Shown: piece by piece, positions 24,162 through 38,576 of the stretch
How the letters are laid out: every line of letters starts with the position of its first letter
How positions within the stretch are numbered: position 1 is the first letter of the stretch
Source: Chiloscyllium plagiosum
Lineage: Eukaryota
Assembly: GCF_004010195.1 (NCBI RefSeq)
Contig: NC_057749.1
Coordinates: 14,539,429 to 14,603,428 of the forward strand
Reading direction: 5' to 3'
DNA: 64,000 bases
The notes under the pieces: generated by a model
What the model saw: the letters and a program-made list of their open reading frames with translations, nothing else
Databases searched by the model: none
Told to the model about the DNA's origin: nothing
Program-made: the position numbers and the translations under genes

Positions 24162-24888
24162 CATAGAGTCATAGAGCTGCACAGCATGGAAACAGACCCT
24201 TAGGCCAAACTCGTTCATGCCGACCAGATATCCTAAACTGATTCCATCCCATTTACCAGCACTTGGCCCATATCCCTCTAAACCCCTCCTATTCATATAC
24301 CCAGCCAGATGTCTTTTAAATGTTGCAATTGTACCAGCCTCCACCACTTTCTCTGGCAGCTCATTCCATACACGCACCACCCTCTGCGTGAAAACGTTGC
24401 CCCTTAGGTCCCTTTTATATCTCTCACCTCTCGCCCTCTAGTTTTGGACTCCTCTATTCCAGGGAAATCGCTTGTCTATTTATCCTATCCATGCCCCTCA
24501 TAATGTTGTAAACCTCTATAAGGTCACCTCTCAGCCTCTGACGCTCCAGGGAAAATAGCCCCAGCATATTCAGCTTCTCCCTATAGCTCAACCACCCCCC
24601 AACCCTGGCAACATCCTTGTAAATCTTTTCTGAACCCTTTCAAGTTTCACAACATCCTATAGCAGAGAGACCAGAATTTAGCACAGTATTCCATAAATGG
24701 CCTAACCAATGTCCTGTACGGCTGCAACATGACCTCCCAACTCCTAAACTCAATGCACTGACCAATAAAGGCAAGCATACCAAATACCTTCACCATCCTA
24801 TCTGGGATACCACCTCAAGGAGCTATGAACCTGTACTCCAAGGTCTCTTTGTTCGGTAACACTCTCCAGGGCTGTAACATTGAGCGTG
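24162..24888 (-). mobile_element. CR1/HER1 LINE 3' fragment
   Basis: VRVWNELPEKVVEAGTIATFKRHL motif and tail. Confidence 0.8.
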
Positions 24889-25614
24889 TAATGTGAACAT
24901 TCATCTCAAGGTGGTGCTTTGTTTAAATTCTCTCCAGCTATTCTTCCAGAAAGATGGTGAACTCACTCCAAAGAGCCCCTGTAACAACTTATCCACAAAA
25001 CATTGACCATTTGACAGTTTAGTAACATATTTCAAGGATGACTTAGAATCATTTACCTACGGTAGTGCGACTCAGTTGATAGACACTTGAGCTAGTATGT
25101 TTTGGCTGAAGCCTCAATCTTAATTCAGAATAACACTTGCAACAGAGGGAGGGGCTGCAATATCATCAGTGCTTTGGATTAGGTATTCATGGGTCCTGCC
25201 GTTTGCTTTTATGGGTAGCGCAGCTAAATAGAGATTTCACGATGAAAGGATGAAATTTAAAAAGCTTAAAGTATATAGTGGTAATGATAAATTTGGACAA
25301 ATGAAGCAAGGCCAGATTTACATTTAAGTATGTACCTTGCATGACCTCAGGAATCCCTGTAGTGTTTAATAGGTTATTGATCGATAGCAGGTTGTGTTGG
25401 CTTGTTCACTGACCTCAGTAATTGTGTGTTAGACTGTGGGTACAGTTCTAGAGTTAGAACAATGAAGAAGGGTCCCGGGACTTGAAACGTTCAACGCAAT
25501 GCTGCTGGAGCTGCTGAGTAATTTCTGCAGTTTGTTTCTCCAGTAATTTCTGTTGCTTGTTTCAGATCTCCAGCATACACACAGTTCTTTTCTTTGTTTT
25601 TATAAAAGGAGAGA

Positions 25615-26430
25615 TTAGGGATAAGGGGAACACTTTCAGGATGTCCATCTGTAACTGAAAGTGTGCCACAGGGATCACTGCTGGGGCCACAGTTATTTCA
25701 CTGTGTAGTACTGACTTAGACAAAGAAAATAAATGTGTGAGCATACTGTAGCCAAGTTTGTGGATGGTACAAAGATACATGGGAAGGCAAGTGGTGAGGA
25801 TGAGACAGAGGTAACCAAGGGATGTCAAAAGGTTGTGAATTGACAATAACCTGACAGAATATAATATGGGAAAACGGGAGATTATGAACTTTAGGAAGAC
25901 GAATAGCAGAGCTGAACTTTGGTTTAAATAGAGAAGGATTGTGAAAATCTCAATGTGGAGTGATTTGGGAGTTCTTGTGTGTAAATCACAAAATGTTAAG
26001 CTAAAAGTGCAACAGATAATAGGGGAGGCAAATGCAATGTTGGCCTTTATTTCAAAGGAAATGGAATATAGAAAGAGGTAAGTCTTGCTAAAACTGTACA
26101 ATACATGAGTTAGACTGCACCTAGAATCCTCTGCACAGATTTGGGCCTCTTATCTGAAGAAAGATACATTGACATTGGAGGCAGTCCGCAGAAGATTCAC
26201 CAGGTTGATGAAGGCGATATTATTTTCTCAGAAGATTGTGAACCTGTGAAATTCTTTACCACAGCAGGCTATAGACGATGGGATGTTAGCTATATTCAAG
26301 GCTGAAATAGACAGATTTTTAATCAGCAAGGGAATTGAGGGTTATGCGGAAAACACAGGAAGGTGGAGTTGACCATTATCAAATCAGCTGTGATCTCATT
26401 GAATAGCAGAATGGGCTGAATGGCCTAATG
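25615..26430 (+). mobile_element. Old CR1-type LINE fragment
   Basis: decayed VPQGSLLGP/KFVDGTK-like RT remnants and 3' UTR. Confidence 0.65.
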
Positions 26431-27424
26431 ATGAAGACAGCACAAGCAACAAGCCAAGGATGACACTTAACTATACAGGATACAGATTAGATCATTGTGC
26501 TTACAAATGGCCTTCCATTGCAAAAGAATGCCATAGAGAGCATGTAGTGTAGATTCATCGAGCTGGTCTTGGAATTGCAAATATTTTTAGGTAGACACTG
26601 AAATAGTGGAGGAAAAGCAGAGATCTAGTCTAGTGAATCAGGCAAACCAATTTTGTTTTGTTCAGATTGAGTCACAAGGAGTTAAATTAAAAGCGCTATT
26701 GAGAAAATGAATTTCAAGGTTAGGAGAAATGATATTGTTGGAATATGGAATGCATATCTAGAGGGAGTGGTGGAGGCAGAGAGTGTTAGGTCTTTAAAAA
26801 GACGACTGAATGAATGAATAGATAGAGCAGTGAAGATATCGGGCTAGTCAGGCTAGGGGGTTGTAGTTTGTGATTTTTTCTAGCAGAGGTCCTACATAAA
26901 TATTTTTTAAATTCATTCACAGGATTGTAGATTGCTGCCTGGGTCAGCATTTATTCTATATCCCTAATTGCCCCATAGGGCAATTAAGAGTCAACCACAT
27001 TGCTGTGGATTTGGAATCATATATAGGCCAGACCAAGTAAAGACAGCAATTTTCTTCCCTAAAGGACATTAGTGAACCAGATGAGTTTTTCCTGACAATC
27101 GATTCACGATTATCATTCAATTCTTAATTCCAAATGTTTGTTGAGTTCAAATTCCACCGTGGCAAAATTTGAACCCAGGTCCACAGGACATTACCTGGTT
27201 CTCTGGATTAAACGTCTAGTGATAATACCATTAGGCCATCACCTCTCTTCGTGGGTCTAAGTGGTCTCTTACCATTGTGTACCAGATTTTCATCTCAGCC
27301 TGTCTTTACAGGGGGAGCTTGAGTTATAACATTTTTCACATCGTCAGGACATCCCAAAACATCTTCCAGTCCAGTATCATCATTGTCATTTTGTAGGAGA
27401 GCACAGCAAGATCCCACACGTGAA

Positions 27425-27757
27425 GGGGCAGCATGATTGCTCAGTGGCTAGCACTGCTGTCTCACAGTGCCAGGGACGCGGGTTAGATTCCAGCTTTGGG
27501 CGTCTGTCTGTTGGAGTTTGCACATTCTCCTGGTGTTTGCGTGGGTTACCTCTGGGTGCTCCAGTTTCCTCCCACAGTCTAAAGATGTGCAGGATAATTG
27601 AATTGGCCATGGTAAATTGCCCATAGTGTTCAGGGATATGTAGGTTATATGCATTAGTCAGGGCTAAATGTAGAAGTTTGGGTGTGAGATACTCTTCGGA
27701 GGGTCAGTGTGGACTTGTTGGGCCAAAGGGCCTGTTTCCACACTGTAGGGATTCTAT
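27425..27757 (+). mobile_element. HE1/V-SINE
   Basis: head, V-domain and tail as in the 16270 copy. Confidence 0.8.
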
Positions 27758-30700
27758 TGTATAAATGAGCAATCATTCTGTTACAGAAATGGAATCATCA
27801 TTACTCTGGATATTTGATGAACTACTGCCCATTGAATGACTGCTGTAGGATTACTTTTATTCACTTAAAGAATGTAGTCAGGCTTCAATGTGTCATTTGA
27901 AAGGCAGCATCTCTGACAATGTGGTGTAATGGTAATGTTAATGGAATAATAAACCAGAGACGCTGGCTAATGATATTTTTAATCAGTGATTGTATGACAC
28001 ACTTCTGAAGTTGGTGGGACTTGAACCCAGCCCTCCTGGCCCAGAGGCCAGGACATATCACTGTGCCCCAAGAACACTAGACTCAGGCTAATGCCCTGGC
28101 TTCATGGATACAAATTTAAATCCAATTAATCCTGGAATTGAAAACTAAATGGTTACCTGCCCATTTGTTGTCACTAAAACTCATCTGTTACAGTAATGTC
28201 CATAAGGGAAGGAAATCTATCTTCCTTACCCAGACTGGCCTACAAGTGACTCCAGACCCACAACAATGTGGTTGACTCTTGTGGAGTTCCTCAGCTCAAG
28301 GTCATTTGGAAGTGGATAGCAAATGCTTGCCTTACTGGTGATGCTGCATCCCAGTGAAAGAAGGACAGAGTTCACTCTCGTGCCAGCCCAGATAATGGAG
28401 TTGATTGCTGTACCAGTTTCTTTGGTACAATTTACCCAAAATCAGCAAAACATTAGCAGAGTATCATGGAATTTTAAACACAAATTGTGTTCAATCAAAA
28501 TTTATTTTCCAGAATCTGTTGGAGTAGTTTAAAAAGCTCCTAGTAGCCTTTAGTCATGGCCATATAGTTAAGAGAGTGAATTTGATTGCTGTTGGGCCTT
28601 CTGGTACAGCGAATGTTCCTGCCTCTGGGCCAAAAAGTCTGGGTTCAAGACCCACCTGTCGTGAAAGTGTGTTATAACATGTCCAAACAGGTCGATTAAA
28701 ACAACTTAAAGGTTTCTACTTAGGTATTTTCTCCAAGTCAGTCTATTCAGAGATGTTATTACAGACAGGTTAGGTGAATTGGCCATGCTACATTGCCCGT
28801 AGTGTTAGGTGCAGAGGTAAATGTAGGGGAATGGGTCTGGGTGGGTTGCGCTTTGGTGGGTCGGTGTGGACTTGTTGGGCCGAAGGGCCTGTTTCCACAC
28901 TGTAATTAATCTAAACAGCTGGAGCATGTAGGATTTGAATCCATTTCCTAGCCTCAAGCTAAGGAGGCTATCATTGTGCTTCACGAGCCCCCTCATGTTT
29001 AGTTAGAAACTAGCCCCAGACATCATACTAGTCAAACTCATTGGATGAATTAATCAGCTGTGCATGTTTCTGCTCATTTTTATGAACCTTCCAAGGGTTT
29101 TATAATTAGGTTGGGCTTCTTCTTAACTCAGCCGCATGAGGGAGATTTAAACAATCCTTGGATAAGCACATGGATGATGATGGGATAGTGTGGGGGGGAG
29201 GGCTTAGATTAGTTCACAGATCGGCGCAACATTGAGGGCCAAAGGGCCTGTTCTGCGCTGTATTGTTCTTAGGAAGGGTTTGGAGGGATATGGGCCAGGT
29301 GCTGGCAGGTGGGACTAGATTGGGTTGGGATATCTGGTCGGCATGGACGAGTTGGACCGAAGGGTCTGTTTCCGTGCTGTACATCTCTCTGACTCTATGA
29401 CTCTATGTTCTAGCTCCATTTTGATCCAGCCAATCTCCCTATATCTCTGTCACCTTTGATGAGTTTCCATTGAGCTTTATGGGTTTTGCACATAAATGAA
29501 TCAGTTGGTGAATATGGATGATTTACTGGTGATGGTTAATAGATGAGAAGCATAAGTGATTTGTGGTGGGTAATAATCATTCAGTTGTGTGCAAGAGCAC
29601 TTTTTGATATATATTTTTTTCAAAATTGGTTCCTTTGAGTGGAATTTCGGTGCCCTGAAACACATCCAGAATGAATACTCATTTCCAACATCAAGCTTCA
29701 TAGAATTGCAGAAGTGTTTCGGCACCAAGGAGGCCATTCAGCCCCTTCAGTCTGCGTCAACCAGTTATCTACTATCATCTAGTGCCAATCCGCTGCTTTT
29801 TGACTATATACTTGCACATTTTCTTTATCCAAATAATCATCCCATGGGGTCCAGAATTCCCTCCACCTCCATTGCCCACTTCTCACCACCCACCCCGTCC
29901 TCCTTGGATGCCCCATAACCAGCCCCACCTCCTCCTTGGGTGTCTTTTGCACCTTCACCTCTACTCATACAACCATTCCCTCCCCCCCAAACAAGGGTCC
30001 CCTCTAATTTTGTCTTGCCTTGCAGAAAAATAATTGTGTGCTGAGTCCCCAAAATCCACATTCTCCTCCCCGGATACACTGCCACTCTGTGAGCTTGAAC
30101 TCGTAACGACACAGACTCAGAAGGAAGAATCTCACTAACTAACTGACAATTTCAAAGCAACTCACTTTTACTCTACATCTGCAAAACTGTCAGTATGCAT
30201 GGTGAACTGTATTGCTTATTCGTGAAATGGGCACCCTGTCTCATTAAGTGCACGGCTCATGCAGAATAATTTATTGATTTTAATATGAATGAGTGTTCCT
30301 GTAAATTTCACATCGCTTCAGTCATACTTTGGCAGCATTTCTCCCTGCATTGATCTCAGCCAAATGAAAATGGACTGGTAGATTAGAAAAAGGAGGAGAA
30401 TAGCCATCAGCCCAATGCAATGCAGCATTGGTAGAATCATCGCGAAACCACTACCTTGTCTGAAAGTAAGCCAGAAGCAAAACACTAGGAGCTCAGAAAA
30501 AAAAGTCCTTATTTTTAATTGCAGAATTAACCTTGTCCTATCAAACTAGTTCTACTTTCCATCCTTTGACAATATTTTGATTCTGCCCTTTGTACTGGGA
30601 GATCCAAGATTATTATAAATGTTTTCTAATAACAACTTGTCCGTGAATTCCATCAATCATCAGCAGTATATTCAATAAGGAGAGAGGTTCCTGCACGCAG

Positions 30701-32032
30701 AGTGGTGAGAATGTGGAATTCACCACCAGAGAATGGGCTGGAGATAAATAACTTGGGTCTTCTCAAGGGAAGCTAGTTGTATTCACGAGGGTAAAGGGAA
30801 TAGACAGATATGGTCAGAAGACTGTGATTTAGTGCATACTGTTGAAGGAGATTTGTGTGGAGTACAAACAGCAGAATCGATTAGTTAGACCAGATGGCTC
30901 AATTCAGTCTAAGTTTTTCCAACTCGCTCTAGTTCCAAAGAATGGTCACATTGGACTCAAATCATTAACATTGTTTCTGTCTCCCAAAATGCTACCAGAG
31001 TCTTTTTTCGAGCACTTTCTGCTTTTATTTCAGATTTCCAGCATCTGCAATATTTTGTCTGTTTGGTGGACTTGAATCGATTCTGTTTATTTTACGTAAT
31101 TGGTCCTACTCCATGAATCTGCCCAACTCTACATTACCAAAGGATGATAAATCTCTCCAAGTCTCGCTTGTATAACAGCCTGTGGTCTCTTGAATGCCTT
31201 GCTGTGTTGGTGCACCATGGAATTATTTGGCATGGGCAATTGTGAGACAGATGAGAGACTAAATATCCTTGTCAGTTACTTTACTTGATCCAGATTTCAC
31301 ATCAAGTTGTTTTGAGCTAAAGCAGGTTTGCCTCCTGATGATGCTGGATTTTGTTGGGGCATGGTTGCACGGACACTGAGAGGCCTAAGATATTTCAGCC
31401 CAACGTGTTTGTTTAGATCAATGGGCTGTTTAAATATGGGAAACATTACACTCCAGCCCAGGCCAATTTCACACCCAAATGTGGGGACCACTAAACAGCA
31501 AGAGCCCTGATATTTCTCTACAAGTGCCTAAGAGCAATTGCATCTGTCAAAAGTACATCTGAGAGCAACTAATACAGCCCTGATCTGGGCTCAAAATAAG
31601 CATCTTGTGGTGCAGTGGTAGTGTCCCCACCTGTAAGCAAGGAGACCCGAGTTCAAGTCTCACCTGCTGCAGAGGTGTGTCATAGCATCTCTGAACAGGT
31701 TGACATTGGGAAAATAGACTGGGCTCAAACGAGGGCTCTTGTGCAGTGGTAGTGTCCCTACCTCTGAACAAGAAGGCCCAGGTTTAAGTCTCACCTGCTC
31801 CAGAGGTATGTAATGACATCTCTGCACATGTTGATTGTAAATATATCTGGGAAATTAATTGGAAACTTTGCTGTCTGTTTATCTTGGCTCTATATTGAAT
31901 ACTGTGGCTTACTAATTAACCCATTTGAGAACTAGCCATGGAAATAATATAGCCTGTTGTGAACGGGGTCAAAGCTTACAGTTAAGCTGCGTCAGTAACT
32001 AGTTGATTTGACCTCACTTCTTTGTTACTTAC

Positions 32033-32142
32033 TTGTTGTACAAGACAATGTCTGGTTTCCAGATTTTCTCAGAAGGAATGCGAATAGCCTTGACACCTCC
32101 ATATTCAGCAGGATCCCACTTTAGCTTATAATCACTCCATAT
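32033..32142 (-). CDS. CHRNA3: nAChR alpha3-type exon 4 (loop A)
   Basis: canonical 110-nt exon, ttcag|[37 protein letters not shown]|gtaagt. Confidence 0.95.
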
Positions 32143-33575
32143 CTGAAGACGGCAGAAAGGACAAAAGGCACAGTATGACGTTATTGAGCACAAGATTACA
32201 TTGTGACCTGTGGTATTAAAACAAGAAGTTATAGTTGTGTAGCACCTTTAACATAATGAAATATATCACAAAACACTTCACAGGGACATTATAAAGCAAA
32301 GTATGACATAAGCCACACAAGATGACATTATCGTGGTCAAAAAGGAAGGTTTTGATAACTTTCTTATAGGAGGAGATCAAGGCAAAGCTGTCAGGAGGAA
32401 ATTCCAGAATTTGAATCTTAGGTAACTTAAGGTACATCCACTAACTAAATAATAGTTGGGATTGCATTAGAAACTAGAATTAGGGGAGTGCTGATAGCTC
32501 AGAGGCTTGTATCATATGCTCTCTCATTAATTTTTCTGATAACAGTTTCTCCCTATCTACTCTATCCAGCCCGCTCATCATTTTTAAAACTCTATCAGGT
32601 CTCCTCTTGGCCTCCTTCACTCCAAATATAACAGACCCAGCTCAGAATCTCTACAGTGCAGAAAGAGGCTATTCAGCCCCATCAAGTACACACTGACCTT
32701 CCAAAGAACATCCCACCTAGACAGAGCTGCCCGTTCTATCCCCATAACTCTGCATTTCCCATGGCTAATCTACCTAACCTGCTCATCCCCGGACACTATG
32801 GGGCAGTTTAGCATGGCCAATCCACACAGATAGAGGGAGAATGTGCAAACTCCACACACACAGTCACCCAAGGCTGGAATCAAGCCCGGGTCCGTGGCGG
32901 TGTGAGGCAGCAGCGGGGGATCTTCAATCTGTCCTCATAACTGAACCATTTGTATAAACCACTTCTGCACTCTCTCCAATACATTCATATCCTTCCTATA
33001 ATGTGGAGCCCAAACCTGGACTCCAGCTGAAGTCTAATAAGTTCATGATGCTTGCTCTTGTACTTGAGATAAAGAGGGACAGGGCCAAACAGGGATTTGA
33101 AAACAAAGATAAGAATTATAAAATCAAGACGTGGCTTGACCAGAAGGCAACTTAGATCAGTGAGCACAGGGTTGATGGGGGAACAGGATTTGGAGTGAGC
33201 TAGGACAGGGACAGCAGAGTTTTGGATGACTTCAGCTTTACAAAGGGGAGAATGCAGGTGATCAAACAGAGTGGTGAAATTAATGTATGGAACAGTCTAT
33301 TAAAGGATAATGCCCATTATTTTAGTGTATTAGTTGAATAGAGCTGAAAGGTTAATATATTTTTCCAAAAACCAATAGGTCTGTGAGGATATGGAGACAG
33401 CATGGACCATTGTTATGCCCCAATTGGACAGTGATCCATATTAGCTATATAACACATATCAGCAGGGTTTGAGGCTTGCTCTGATTTACATTTGCACAGA
33501 ATTACAAGCACAGCAGGCAAAGAATTTTTGACCATAAATGAGTAGACCCATGGTCTTATGCACAAGTAGTCTAAT

Positions 33576-33670
33576 TTAGAGTGGTGCTGGAAAAGCACAG
33601 CAGGTCAGGCAGCATCCGAGGAGCAGGAAAATCGACGTTTTGGGCAAAAGCCCTTCATCAGGACTAATTT
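33576..33670 (-). mobile_element. Penelope-derived short insertion with hammerhead motif
   Basis: minus strand agtcCTGATGAagggc-tttt-gccc(A)AAACGTCgatt; 15-bp flanking duplication CACAAGTAGTCTAAT. Confidence 0.7.
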
Positions 33671-36600
33671 CACAAGTAGTCTAATGTCTGATATTTAGCA
33701 GGTAACTGTTTATCTGTCTGTTTTAAGCCTGCAGTTCTAAATGGGACAATAAGAACATCAGAACAGGAGTATGCCATTCAGCCCATTGAGCTGTTTCCAT
33801 CATTCAATTAGATCATGACTGATCATCTACCACAAGACTACATTATCTCCATACTCCATGATTCTATTGGTCTCCAAAACTTAATTTCTGTCTTGGAGAT
33901 CCTCAATGACTAAGAATCCACAGCCCTCTGGGATAGAGAATTCCAAAGATTCACCACCATCTGATTAAAGAAATTCCTTCTTGGTCTTAAGCCGCATATC
34001 CCTTATTCTGAGACTGTGCCCCCAGCTATTGACCAACTGCAACCACGCCCAGATTCCGCAATCTCTTCTCAAAGGAAAATTCTCCCATCTCAGGGATTAG
34101 CCTGATGAAACTCTTTTGCAGTACTTCTGTTTGGAAATTGCTATAGTTACTTACAAGGCTGTTACAGACATTTTTAATCAATGTGTTATAATGGACGACT
34201 GGAGCAGCTGAGACATGAACCCAAGCCTCCTGGCCTAGAGGTAAGGACACTATCACCACATCACAAGAGACTATTGTAAGTTTGCTAAAATCAGGCTCTA
34301 GATGACATGTACTGGTTTCCTTTGATTCTAAGATTCTTTGACATTAGTATCAAACTGCGCCTTCTGGTCCCTGTCATTGGGCTGCATTACAGACTGTATG
34401 CGAGGTGGGTTTGATGCTAAGTTTTTCTGTGACAGCAAAATTGTGCAATGCATAATTTTGTTGTTCAGATGAACCCATCCTTTTTCACCAAGTCTACTAT
34501 AAAGTTAACAGGACCAGGTCAGTTTAATTGTTTGGTACATTGTGCAAGGTGAGGGTCAGTTAGAGTTGAATTGTATTTCAGACCAAACCTAAGGTAAGAT
34601 TTCAAGCATTCTTTCCTTTTTCTTTTTGAATATGAATCCTCAGGTAAAGATATGGCCATTATGATTCCTGTGTCAGGTAAATATCATCTCTCAATGAAGC
34701 GAAGTCTCAAAATATTCCAGATAATAAAACAATCTGACTTAATAACAGTTTGTCTGTTGGGATAAATTCAGGCTAGATTTCAAAGTGTTTCTTCAAACAG
34801 TGCTTATTTTCACATTATATATAATGATCTACAGGAGACACCTCTGTCATCAGCTGAAAACAAAACACTGCGGATACTGGAAATCTGACACAAACACTGG
34901 AGAATGCTGGAGAAACTCAGCAGGTCTGCAGGATCTGTGCAGACAGAAACAGAGTTAAAATTTCGAGTCCAATATGACTCAATGTTCTGAGGAACCTGCT
35001 GAATTTCTCCAGCGTTTTCTGTTTTTACTCCTGTCCCAAATATTTGCAGATTTTCCCTCACATGACTTCAGAAGCCAGTGTTACACAACAGCATAACTCA
35101 GAGGCTGGTCTGTATATTCCTTAAGCACTATCTCTACACTTCGTTTCTATTTTTCACAACTAATTTTCTGTAATAAAGTTGCTTTAGGTAAAACTGTCTT
35201 TAATTTAATGTGATAGAGATGGAAATCAAATGTTGCACAAGCATGGTCAATGCATGTGGGAGATATTAAACACTGTAAAATAGCCAGCTTTTCAATGTCC
35301 ATAAGACCATAAGAAATAGGAACGGGAGTAGTCCATTCTGTCACAGAAAAGTTTAGCATCAGACCCACCTAAAGCAAAGCCTCACACCTAGCATACAGTC
35401 TGTAATGCAGCCCAATGACAGGGACCGGAAGGCACAGTTTCATACTAATGTCAAAGAATCTTAGAATCAAAGGAAGCCATTCAGTAGGATCTCGACTGAG
35501 CCAACATTTCTCATGTCCACTTTCCTGCCGTTTCCCCTTAACCCTTGATTCCCCAACTGATCAAGATCTATCTATCTCAGCTTTAAGTATACACAAGGTC
35601 TCTGACCACACAACTCTTTGGCAAGGAATTTCAAAGATTCACACCTCTATGAGAGAAGAAATTACTCCTCATCTCGGTCTTAAATTTGTGCCCCTTTATT
35701 CTGAGACTGTGCCGTCTGGTTCTAGACTCTGCCATGAGGAGAAACATACTCTCAGCATCTACCCTGTCGAGCCCTTTAACGATCCTGTATGCCCCAATGA
35801 GATCATCTCATTCTTCTAAATTTCAGTAACTAGCACCCCCCAATATGTTTAACCTTTGGTCATAAGACAATCCCTCCATGCCAGGGATCACCCTTCTCTA
35901 AACTGCCCCCGATGCAATAATGGCTTTCTTTAAATAAGGGAACCAAAACTGTGCACGCTAGTCCAAATGTGGTTTCCCCAGCACCTTGTACAGTTGCAAT
36001 AAGACTTCCCTCTCTCAAACTCCAACACCATTTAGATAACAATTGGCGTATTTCATAATCCTATGTATTAGGTCTCCTTGTTGGAATATCATGCACTTTT
36101 GAAGTCTAGTCACTATTATAATATGAAAAACACAGCAGCATATTACCTCTCAGTCCCCAACAGGCAGCAATATAATGATGGCTGGATAATATACCTTTTT
36201 TTTAAGAAACAAAACTTTGATTGACACCTAAATATTAGCCAGGACCCTGGGGAAAACACTCCTGCTGTTGTGAAATAGTGCCACGAGATTGCTTATAGCT
36301 GATGGCAGACAGGGATTCAGATTTTAGAAATTAAAATTTCATCAGAATCAACCAACTCAGATAGAAGAGCATCACTCCAGTACTGCAGTGGAGTTTGTAT
36401 TTAAGCCTCTGAAATGTCTTGAACTCCCAACTTCCTGACTGCGCTCTGAGTAATGACTTTGCTAGTAATATTACACTGTGAGGAACTAGCCTTTTCTGAG
36501 TGAATCTCTGATGGTTCACAGTAAATGAAAAAATACGACCCTGTCTTGCCTAAGTTTGTAATAAAAATGGATAATGCTGGATATGCTCAGCAGGTTTAGC

Positions 36601-37679
36601 ACTATCTGTGGAAAAAGATTTAAATGCGTCAACTCAATAACCTTTCATCAGAGCAATGCGTTACTGTTCCAGAGGTACAGATTCACCAGTGTTTGTTGCA
36701 GAGTATATTTGTTATGTAAGGAAGCATTATTGACACCTGGAATTGCTATGAAATGGCTTGTTTGTGGTTGAGTAGCTTTGAATGATGTTATTATCACTTT
36801 GAATTGGAAATGTAAGTTAATTAATTATTTAAACATCACCAATAAATATAACCGCAGCGCACAAAATGAGCAGCCTCTAGTTCGATGGAAAATCAATGTT
36901 ATCTTATCTAGTGTAAGGTGAAATTAATGAAATCCTGCCTGAGTCAGGAACAGATTTACAACATTCTTGTGGAGGCTGCTGCCTTAGCTTTGTTTCCCAA
37001 AATTCTGTCCTACCCAGAAATATTGTATTCCTGCTGGGTTAAGTCTTGCAATGGTTCCAAAAGCTCCCTAATGCATCCAATTTAACGTAATTTCTTTTGA
37101 ACATTGTTTTATTTTTAGGGTCTGTTTCTGCAAATTACATTGGTATTTCTGGTTGAATGTCATGGCCTCTCCCACCCCTGTCAATATCTGCCCCCACTCC
37201 CAATTGTCCTGCCAGCATTGCATCCTCTCCCCAACTTTACCTCCTACTGTTCCCATGCTTCTCATCTAGCCTTGCTCCCCTCTCGTGTTGTTTCCCTCTG
37301 CCCTTTCCCCAGCTTCGCCTTCCTCTCTCTGTCCTTACTTTAGACCATTTCCTTCATCTTGGAAGCCACACTGTTCTCCTGAGTGTGGTTTTGGGTTTGC
37401 ACTGAAGGCCACAACACAGTGGCAGAAGTTGATAGGTGCAGGGACTGAGAAGCTCCCTCGACTGACCAACCAGTGCCACTAGAAAGAATCTGGTCAATCT
37501 AAAAATGCAGTCCACAATATACCTTTTTAAAAATGTAAATGTTGTATGTTGCACTTATTTTATATTTGGTGGTATATTTTAGTTTGCAAGTTATTTCTGC
37601 TATTTAACACTACTGAACATACATGATACAATGGCAAGAAAATGTCTGAAGGAACCTAACTCCAGCTAACTCCAACTCT

Positions 37680-38562
37680 AGATGTCACGAAGGTTGGTGG
37701 AGTTGTGGATAGTGTGGAGAGCTGTTGTAAGCTGCAACGGGGCATTGACAGGATGCAGAACTGGGCTGACAAGTGGCAGATGGCACTCAACCTGGAAAAG
37801 TATGAAGTCATTCACTTTGGAAGGTCAAATTTGAATACAAAAAACAGGGTTGAAGGGAGAATTCTTGGCAGTGTGGAGGAACAGAGGGTTTTGGAATCCA
37901 TGTCCATAGATCCCTCAAAGTTGCCAGCCAGGTTGATTGGGTTGTGAAGAAGGCGCATGGTGTGTTGGTTTTCATTAGCAGGGGTATTGAGTTTAAGAGC
38001 CACGAGGTTATGCTGCAGCACTCTAGAGTCCTGGTTAGATCGCACTTGGAATATTGTGTTCAGTTCAGCTCACCTCAATATAGGAAAGATGTGAAAGCTT
38101 TAGAGAGGGTGCAGAGGAGAATTACCAGGATGCTGCCTGGACTGGAGCATGTCTTATGAAGAAAGCTTGAGGGAGCTAAGGCTTTTCTTATTGGAGCGAA
38201 AAAGGATGAGAGGTGACTTGATAGAGGTGTACAAGATGTTGAGTGGATAGATAGAGACTTTTTTCCAGGGCAGAAATGTCTATCACGAGGGGACATAATT
38301 TTAAGGTAATTCAAGGAAGGTTTAGGGGAGATGTCAGAAGTCAGTTCTTTACACAGAGAGTGGTGGGTGTGTGGAATGCACTGCTTGCAGCGGTAGTAGA
38401 GTCAGATACATTAGGGACATTTAGGCGACTTTTGGATAGGCACATGAAATTTAGTACAATGAAGGGTATGTAAGTTAGTGTGATCTTACAGTAGAGTAAA
38501 AGACCGACACAACATCCAGGGCCAAATGGCCTGTACTATGCTGTACTGTTCTATGTTCTATA
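37680..38562 (+). mobile_element. CR1 LINE 3' portion
   Basis: [27 protein letters not shown] motifs. Confidence 0.85.
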
Positions 38563-38576
38563 TTTAGCATTTATTA

